Source: Anaerolineae bacterium
Lineage (GTDB): Bacteria > Chloroflexota > Anaerolineae > CG2-30-64-16
Length of the DNA stretch: 64,000 bases
Assembly (NCBI GenBank): GCA_038214535.1
Contig: JBBQRS010000001.1
Coordinates: 32,620 to 96,619, forward strand
Reading direction: 5' to 3'
How positions within the stretch are numbered: the stretch's first letter is position 1; every line of letters starts with the position of its first letter. Made by a program: the position numbers and the translations under genes. Shown here piece after piece: positions 57,824-64,000 of this stretch. Under the pieces are notes generated by a model. That model saw only the letters and a program-made list of their open reading frames with translations, ran no database searches and was not told where the DNA came from.

Positions 57824-59164
57824 ATGAAGAAATTTGCAACTCACAATCATTCAGTGGCTAAGGTCGGGGTGCTACTGCTTCTGGTCGCGTTGATGATCGG
57901 CATGGCGCCGGCCGCGACCTTTGCCCAGAGCAGCGACGGGCCGCAAGTAACGTCGCTGGTGCGCGCACTCAACGTGCGTTCCGGCCCCGGTCTAAACTAC
58001 TCTGTCATCGGGTCGCTCAAGGAGGGTCAGTCGCTGCCCATCACCGGACGCAATGCCGCCGGCAGTTGGTGGCAGGTTCAGTTGACCAATAATCGCCAGG
58101 GTTGGGTGACCGGGCAAACCACGCTGGTGAGCGTTGCAGGCGACACGACTAAGGTACCCCAGGTGGCGGCCCCGGCTGCGCCCGCAGCCCGGCCCGCGGC
58201 GGCAGGCCGGGGCGGGCAAATGGTTTTCCAGACCTCCAGCGGCGGAAACATCTATATCGCGAACGCGGACGGCTCCGGTTTACGGAAGCTCACGACCGGT
58301 ATTGACCCGGCCTTCTCGCCCGACGGCAAGCAAGTCGCCTTTACGCGGTGGGACAGCAGCACGCCCGGCACAAAGGGCAGCGTCTGGGTCATTAACAGCG
58401 ACGGCTCCGGCGAGAAAATGGTACACAGTGACGTCAGGCAGCCCAAGTCGCCGGCGTGGTCACCCGACGGCAAGTCCTTGGTCATCAACCTGCAACAGGG
58501 TGGTACGCTGGAACCCTCGTGCTTCTGCACCACCTGGTTCTCGTGGCGACCCGGCCCCTGCCCGCGCGATCCGCCGCTCGATTCCAATGGCAACGAAGCG
58601 CGATGCTTCGAAGACCTGGGCCGGGCAGGCTGGGGGTTGCGGGTGATTAATCTGGCAACCGACGAGTGGCAAGATCAGAAACGCGATTTCGTCACGTTTA
58701 CGCCCACCTGGGATCCGATCAACGCTTGGCGCATCGTCTTCAACGGCGACGTGGGCCTCGCGCAACTCGACGTGAACCGGCAAGTCAGTTGGCCGTTGAC
58801 CACAGACGTCAATGACCGCTCGCCCAATTTCTCGCCCGATGGGCAGAAGATCGTGGTAACCTATCACCAGCACGATCACTGGGACATCCATACGCTGAAC
58901 TCCGGCGGCGATGGCCGCGTCCGCATCACGGAGACCCCCTGGAGCGTGACGGCCGGCGGTAAGCCGGTGTGGAACAACGTGGCAGCGGCCTACTCGCCCG
59001 ACAGCAAGAAGATCGCGTTCCTCACCGACCGCACCGGCCAGTGGGAACTGTGGACGATGAACGCCGACGGGAGCAACCCGCAACCGATCTTCGCATCCAA
59101 CGTGCAGACGTCGTTGGGCTTCCAATATAATTACGCCGACGAACGCGTGGTTTCCTGGCGTTAG
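57824..59164 (+). CDS. Secreted protein: SH3 domain plus TolB-like (PD40) beta-propeller
   Basis: Signal peptide; LNVRSGPG...WWQV..GWV; repeats PAFSPDG, PAWSPDG and PNFSPDG. Confidence 0.85.
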   Translation: MKKFATHNHSVAKVGVLLLLVALMIGMAPAATFAQSSDGPQVTSLVRALNVRSGPGLNYSVIGSLKEGQSLPITGRNAAGSWWQVQLTNNRQGWVTGQTTLVSVAGDTTKVPQVAAPAAPAARPAAAGRGGQMVFQTSSGGNIYIANADGSGLRKLTTGIDPAFSPDGKQVAFTRWDSSTPGTKGSVWVINSDGSGEKMVHSDVRQPKSPAWSPDGKSLVINLQQGGTLEPSCFCTTWFSWRPGPCPRDPPLDSNGNEARCFEDLGRAGWGLRVINLATDEWQDQKRDFVTFTPTWDPINAWRIVFNGDVGLAQLDVNRQVSWPLTTDVNDRSPNFSPDGQKIVVTYHQHDHWDIHTLNSGGDGRVRITETPWSVTAGGKPVWNNVAAAYSPDSKKIAFLTDRTGQWELWTMNADGSNPQPIFASNVQTSLGFQYNYADERVVSWR

Positions 59165-59250
59165 CATTCTGCCACGTAAGAACGGGAACCAATCTCGCTC
59201 GCAAAGCGTCTCCTGGTCGTTGTACGATAACAACGATCAGGAGACACACC

Positions 59251-59394
59251 ATGGATTTGCCGCTGCTCATCGCAGTGATTGCGTTGCTGGTCTGGACGCT
59301 TCTACCGCAACTCGACAGCTACATCGAATCGGACCCCGAGCCGGAAAGGTCGCGTTCCTATCTGGAGCGCCTGGCCCGCTGGGTCAACGAATAG
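59251..59394 (+). CDS. Small 47-aa single-TM peptide (below the ORF-track cutoff)
   Basis: AGGAG SD 7 nt before the ATG; MDLPLLIAVIALLVWTLLPQLDSYIESDPEPERSRSYLERLARWVNE. Confidence 0.55.
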   Translation: MDLPLLIAVIALLVWTLLPQLDSYIESDPEPERSRSYLERLARWVNE

Positions 59395-59585
59395 GTTCGG
59401 TGCGACTCACCTTTGAATGAAGTATGTCGGGCAGGTTCACACCTTGCCCCCGGGCGTTGCGTTTGGCGCAGCGCCTTTTTGTTGCCCTCAGACTGCCCCC
59501 GTGGATGCTGACCGAAGTCATATTCGATCATGCGGGGGCGGCGCGATAGTGATCCTTGAGATGTTTTGCCAATGGAGCCACACAC

Positions 59586-60764
59586 ATGCGCGAATTGATT
59601 GACGGCGCGACGGCCATTGCCCGCGCCGCGCTGGATGCAGGGTGTACCTTCTTCGCCGGTTATCCGATTTCCCCCGCCACACCGCTGTTGTTACATATGA
59701 TCCGCGAGCTGCCCGCCGCAGGCGGCATCGCCGTGCAGGCGGAAGACGAGATTGCCGCGATCAGCATGTGCATCGGCGCGGCCATGACCGGCGCGCGTGC
59801 CCTCACGGCAACTTCCGGGCCAGGCATGAGCCTCTTCAGCGAAAGCATCGGGCTGGCGATCATGGGCGAGACGCCGCTGGTGATCGTGGACGCGCAGCGA
59901 ATGGGGCCGGCCACCGGCGGCGCGACCACCCCCGCGCAGGGCGATGTCCAGTTCGTGCGCCGCGGGAGTTCCGGCGGCTACCCGATCATTGCCCTCGCCC
60001 CCGACAGCGTCGCCGAATGCTATACCCTCACGCTGCGCGCCTTCGATTTGGCCGAACGGTTTCGCTGCCCCGTCTTCCTGATGACTGACAAAGAGATGTT
60101 CCAATCGCTCAGCACGGTGGCGTTGGAGGACTACGCGCATCCGCCTGTCCGCGACCGCGCCGTCGCAGCGGCTTTGCCCCCGGGCGCGCCGGGGCTGCGC
60201 TCGGAAGAAAGCTATCTCCCCTGGCGCTTCGATCCCATTGATTGCCCGCCGCCGTTCAGCGCCTATGGCGGCCCGCACATCGTCCGCTTCACCGGCTCCA
60301 GCCACGACGAGCACGGCTTTCTGACGAAAGAGCCGGAAAAGGTGGGCCGGCTCAACGAGCACCTGTGGCGCAAGATCGAAGACCATGTTGGGGAGATTGA
60401 GCTGGCGCGGGCTGACCTGCAGGACGGCAGCCGAACCCTGTTCATTTCATACGGCGTCACGGCGCGCGCCATGTCGAAAGCTGTAACCGAGCATCGAGCG
60501 CGCGGCGGCGTAGTTTCTGCGCTGACCGTGCAAAGCCTATGGCCCCTGCCCGAACGTCTGATCCTGCAAACGGTCGCCGCGCTGTCCGCGCTGGAGCGCA
60601 TTGTGGTTGCGGAACTCAACCTGGGCGACTACTGTGCCGAGATCGAGCGGATCGTCTACCGCTGGGCGGCCCGCAACCGCCTGCCCGCGCCGGAGATCGT
60701 CGGGCTACACCGGCTGGACGGCGAACTGATTACCCCGGCGCAGTTTGTTGAGCTGATCTTATGA
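59586..60764 (+). CDS. 2-oxoacid:ferredoxin oxidoreductase alpha subunit
   Basis: AGYPISP, QAEDEIAA, ATSGPG and QRMGPATG; GGAG SD before ATG 59586. Confidence 0.9.
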   Translation: MRELIDGATAIARAALDAGCTFFAGYPISPATPLLLHMIRELPAAGGIAVQAEDEIAAISMCIGAAMTGARALTATSGPGMSLFSESIGLAIMGETPLVIVDAQRMGPATGGATTPAQGDVQFVRRGSSGGYPIIALAPDSVAECYTLTLRAFDLAERFRCPVFLMTDKEMFQSLSTVALEDYAHPPVRDRAVAAALPPGAPGLRSEESYLPWRFDPIDCPPPFSAYGGPHIVRFTGSSHDEHGFLTKEPEKVGRLNEHLWRKIEDHVGEIELARADLQDGSRTLFISYGVTARAMSKAVTEHRARGGVVSALTVQSLWPLPERLILQTVAALSALERIVVAELNLGDYCAEIERIVYRWAARNRLPAPEIVGLHRLDGELITPAQFVELIL

Positions 60765-62116
60765 TCTCGCAAGGATGCGATGCACCGATGAGAGAAACCT
60801 ATCGCAACGAGCGTAAATACCCGTTCTGTCCGGGGTGCGGCCACGGCTTGATCCTCGACGCGCTGAATCGAGCGTTGGCCCGCCTCCAGTTGGACCCGAC
60901 GCAGGTCGTGCTGGTGTCCGATATCGGGTGTCAGGGCTTGGGCGACCAGTACTTTGCGGTCAACGCGTTTCACGGTCTCCACGGGCGCAGCATTGCCTAT
61001 GCCACGGGGATCAAGCTGGCGAACCCCGACCTGAAGGTGATCGTCCTGATGGGCGATGGTGGCGCGGGGATCGGCGGCGCGCACCTGCTCAGCGCAGCAC
61101 GCCGCAACATCGGGCTGACCGTGCTGGTGTTTAATAACTTTAACTTCGGGATGACCGGCGGCGAGCACAGCGCCACGACGCCGGAGGGCGGCGTCACCGC
61201 GACCACGCGCGGCGGTAATCTGGAACGGCCTCTCGATCTGTGCGCCACGGTCGCCGTCAACGGCGCGGGGCTGGCCTGGCGCGGAACCGCCTTCGACCGC
61301 GACCTGCCCGACGTGATCGCCGATGCGATATGCAGCGAATCGTTTGCGCTGCTCGACATCTGGGAGCTTTGTACCGCGTACTACGTCGCAAACAACGCAT
61401 GGTCTCGCAAATCGCTGATCGAGTCCAGGGCGGCGCTGGGGTTAGCCGAGGGCTATGTGCATCGCGAGTCGCGGCCCGAGTTCGCCCATACGTTGCACGC
61501 AGCCGCCGCGGAGACGACCCGTGCGCCGGGTTTGCGCCCCGCGCCATTGGCGCCGCAGTATACGTCGGCGCTTGATCGCAAGTACACCATTGTGCTGGCC
61601 GGGTCGGCGGGCGGCAAGGTGCGGTCGGCGGCGCGCCTGGCCGCGGAGGCAGGTGTGCTTTCCGGGCTGTGGGCCGCTCAGCAAGACGACTACCCGGTGA
61701 CCGTGCAGACGGGGCACAGCATCAGCGAGGTGATCTTAAGCCCCGACGAGGTGCTGTTCACCGGTGTCGAGCGACCCGACGCGCTGATCGTGGCGACGGG
61801 AGAGGGCCGCCGCGCGGCGGCGCGCTATCTGAGCGCGCTCACAGACGCAAGCGTCTTCTTCGTCACGCCGGAGCATCGCGACCTGGAGACCCCTGCGCGC
61901 AAGGTGGTGCTTGATGTCGGGGCATCCGGTCGTGGGGGCAAAAAGCAACACGCGCTCGTCATGCTGCTGGCCGCCATCCGCTTGCTGAACATCATGCCGG
62001 TGGAAGCGTTGGAGGCGGCGATCCGCCGCGGCCGGCGCGCCGATGTGATCGAGGAGAACCTGGCCGCGCTGGCGCACAGCAAAGACCTTATAAAATCGTG
62101 CTTGCAAAACGGTTAG
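60761..62116 (+). CDS. 2-oxoacid:ferredoxin oxidoreductase beta subunit fused to a C-terminal gamma domain
   Basis: FCPGCG, SDIGC, HGR, GDGG and NNFNFGMTGG, then LAGSAGGKV...GHSISE; alternative start at 60788. Confidence 0.85.
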   Translation: MISQGCDAPMRETYRNERKYPFCPGCGHGLILDALNRALARLQLDPTQVVLVSDIGCQGLGDQYFAVNAFHGLHGRSIAYATGIKLANPDLKVIVLMGDGGAGIGGAHLLSAARRNIGLTVLVFNNFNFGMTGGEHSATTPEGGVTATTRGGNLERPLDLCATVAVNGAGLAWRGTAFDRDLPDVIADAICSESFALLDIWELCTAYYVANNAWSRKSLIESRAALGLAEGYVHRESRPEFAHTLHAAAAETTRAPGLRPAPLAPQYTSALDRKYTIVLAGSAGGKVRSAARLAAEAGVLSGLWAAQQDDYPVTVQTGHSISEVILSPDEVLFTGVERPDALIVATGEGRRAAARYLSALTDASVFFVTPEHRDLETPARKVVLDVGASGRGGKKQHALVMLLAAIRLLNIMPVEALEAAIRRGRRADVIEENLAALAHSKDLIKSCLQNG

Positions 62117-62166
62117 CGCTGCCCAATGCTGGGGGTGTATTTCATTTTCGGGGTGACCCATCACAA

Positions 62167-62279
62167 TGTCATACTGAGGCCCGCCGTTTTGGGCCGAAGC
62201 GTCTCGATTTGCGACGCGAGACCCTTGGCTGGAGGCCAACCGTTGCGTACTCTGAGCGGTTAACCCGCTCAGGGTGACA
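62167..62279. repeat. REP-like family D copy
   Basis: TGTCATACTGAG...GAAGCGTCTC...GAGACCCTT...CTCAGGGTGACA. Confidence 0.6.
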
Positions 62280-62443
62280 GCACAAAAACTAACTTTACCG
62301 ACTGCGCAGGATGACAATCTCGCCCCAACCTTGAAATGCGCCCGATGCACGGGCGGCTATTGACGTCTGGCGCGCACAGTAGTTTAATAGAGGCGCACAT
62401 AGAATATCCTGTAGCTACTTCGCCACAGATTCAAGGTGACGCC

Positions 62444-64000
62444 ATGGGCGAGGAAAAACCGCCGGTTCGCAATTTCTTCGATGCCATTTCCGGGTGGGCT
62501 ACCGACGCGGGGCGATCCGGCCCGCGCCGCTGGGTCGCTCAATTCTTCGCCCTGCTCGGCACCATCTTCGCGCTCCTCCAACTCTTCTTCGGTACGCTCG
62601 ATCTAGCCAACCGCACCGTGGGCACGGCCATGTCGTGGCTGCCCTATCTCATTCCCGGCACGTTCGTCCTGGGCGCGCTCATCGCGCTCTTCTTTCTGGC
62701 GACCGCGATATCGCCGTCGCAGAGGCGCTGGTCCGCGGGGGCGCTGGGCGTCATCGCGATCGCCGGCAGCCTGTGGGGCAGTTGGACGTACTATCAGGCC
62801 ACGCGTCCGCCGAAATCGGTGATCGTCATGGTGGCTGATTTCAATGGAGATCAGGCCAACCGCGGCGTGGATTGGGGCCGTCGCATCTATGAACGCGTCA
62901 AGGGCGAGGTTGACACGCTCAATCTGGGGGATCAGGTCGAGGTGCAGCGGGTGTTCGAGTCATTCGACGACTCCGCTGCGGCCAGGGCGGCCGGTGATAA
63001 GCGCAAAGCCACTATCGTCCTGTGGGGCTGGTACGACGACGAGGGTGTGTCGCCGCACTTCGAGCTTCTCCGCAACGCGGCGCGCTTCCGGGAAAACCTG
63101 GCCGCCCCACCACAAGACCTCGCGGACTTTGACCTCTATGTGAAGTCAGGCCCTCAGGAGATGACCTACATTGTGGCCGTGATTCTGGGGCTGATCCGGC
63201 AGGCCGAAGGCGATTATGCCCGCGCCGAAGCGTTGTTCACGGACGCTCTGAACCTTGCGCCCGATTCCGCCAGCCTGCTGGGGCTTGAGACGGCCCACTT
63301 CTATCGGGCGACGGCGCGCCTGTTGGGGCCGCAGGGAATCGGGCATCCCAATGAGGCCATCGTCGCAGACTTGCAGGATGCCATCGCCCGCCGGCCCGAC
63401 TTCTGGCAAGCGCACTGGAACCTGGCGGTCGTCTACACCGATTATTGCACGCCAACGTTGACGCTGGACGCCGCCCTGACCTCGGCGGAGAAAGTGGTTG
63501 CGCTCCGCCCCGCGGAAGCCGGTTCGTACTGGCTGCTGGGGCGTATCCGCGCGCGACGCAATGAGTGGCCGCAAGCCCTGGAGGCGTATCGGCAGGCGTT
63601 GACGCTCGATCCAGAAGAGGTCTCCGCGCAGGAGGGGCTGGCGGCGGCGCTGGACAAACTGGGTCAAACAGAAGCCGCGGCCGCAGCCTACCAGCGCGGC
63701 GTCGAGCTACGCTCTGCGCCGGTGAAATCGGCTGGCCGCGCGGATACCGAGGATCCGGCCGAGACGGCCAGCCGGCTGGGCGCGACCTATCTGGCGGCGA
63801 GCCGGTACGATGAGGCGTTGACGGCGTTCCAGGCGGCGCTCAAGTTGCACCCCGATAACCCCGATTATTTGCGGCAACTGGGTAACGTTTATTACTGGCA
63901 GGGCAAAACGGACGCGCAACAGCCCAGCGCGCAACTCGATCAGGCGATTGCAGAATATGAGAAAGCGCGCGCCATTGCGCCCACCGATAACCTGTTGCTC
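62444..64000 (+). CDS. Membrane protein with multiple TPR repeats, runs off the right edge
   Basis: Manual translation MGEEKPPVRNFF..., about 3 TM helices, VADF...IVLWG domain, then TPR-like repeats (GDYARAEALF, ALEAYRQALTLDP). Confidence 0.8.
   Translation, partial: MGEEKPPVRNFFDAISGWATDAGRSGPRRWVAQFFALLGTIFALLQLFFGTLDLANRTVGTAMSWLPYLIPGTFVLGALIALFFLATAISPSQRRWSAGALGVIAIAGSLWGSWTYYQATRPPKSVIVMVADFNGDQANRGVDWGRRIYERVKGEVDTLNLGDQVEVQRVFESFDDSAAARAAGDKRKATIVLWGWYDDEGVSPHFELLRNAARFRENLAAPPQDLADFDLYVKSGPQEMTYIVAVILGLIRQAEGDYARAEALFTDALNLAPDSASLLGLETAHFYRATARLLGPQGIGHPNEAIVADLQDAIARRPDFWQAHWNLAVVYTDYCTPTLTLDAALTSAEKVVALRPAEAGSYWLLGRIRARRNEWPQALEAYRQALTLDPEEVSAQEGLAAALDKLGQTEAAAAAYQRGVELRSAPVKSAGRADTEDPAETASRLGATYLAASRYDEALTAFQAALKLHPDNPDYLRQLGNVYYWQGKTDAQQPSAQLDQAIAEYEKARAIAPTDNLLL

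Noticed and set aside
59417-59602. 61-aa Cys-containing ORF as the ferredoxin (delta) subunit
   Set aside because: No CxxCxxCxxxCP motif, no SD, and it overlaps the alpha-subunit start.
1-64000. Selenocysteine or pyrrolysine read-through, or programmed frameshifts
   Set aside because: The recognised genes appear full length, with no split motifs across stop codons.

Overview
A GC-rich bacterial chromosomal segment, mostly housekeeping, transport and envelope genes. It is most consistent with a monoderm Chloroflexota (Anaerolineae/Caldilineae-like) genome; this is inferred from GAAC-N4-GTTC LexA boxes, a bacterial Elp3, LysM/SH3 lipoproteins and expanded GT-C-like membrane proteins. Left to right it holds: dnaE (partial), polA, argS, a beta-CASP nuclease, a MoxR/VWA pair, tRNA-Arg(CCG), an ECF module beside a solute-binding lipoprotein, mntP, a BMP-type ABC transporter, a large S8 subtilase, OYE-elp3 head-to-head with a Trm9-like methyltransferase, a LysM protein, three PTPS-related GT-C paralogues, surE, a YhfC protease with an ABC exporter, corA, a secreted nuclease, lexA-mpg, murJ and a 2-oxoacid:ferredoxin oxidoreductase. 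No prophage, transposase or CRISPR array is visible, but at least four families of REP/REPIN-like palindromes fill the intergenic gaps. Top candidate system: an Elp3 plus Trm9/ALKBH8-like gene pair, suggesting a eukaryote/archaea-type cm5U to mcm5U34 tRNA wobble pathway in a bacterium. Also notable are a LexA-boxed promoter on a replicative-type dnaE, an unannotated 47-aa membrane peptide whose SD is locked in a 16-bp hairpin, and long structured leaders at the BMP/subtilase divergon. All family assignments come from motif recognition by eye; no database searches were run.
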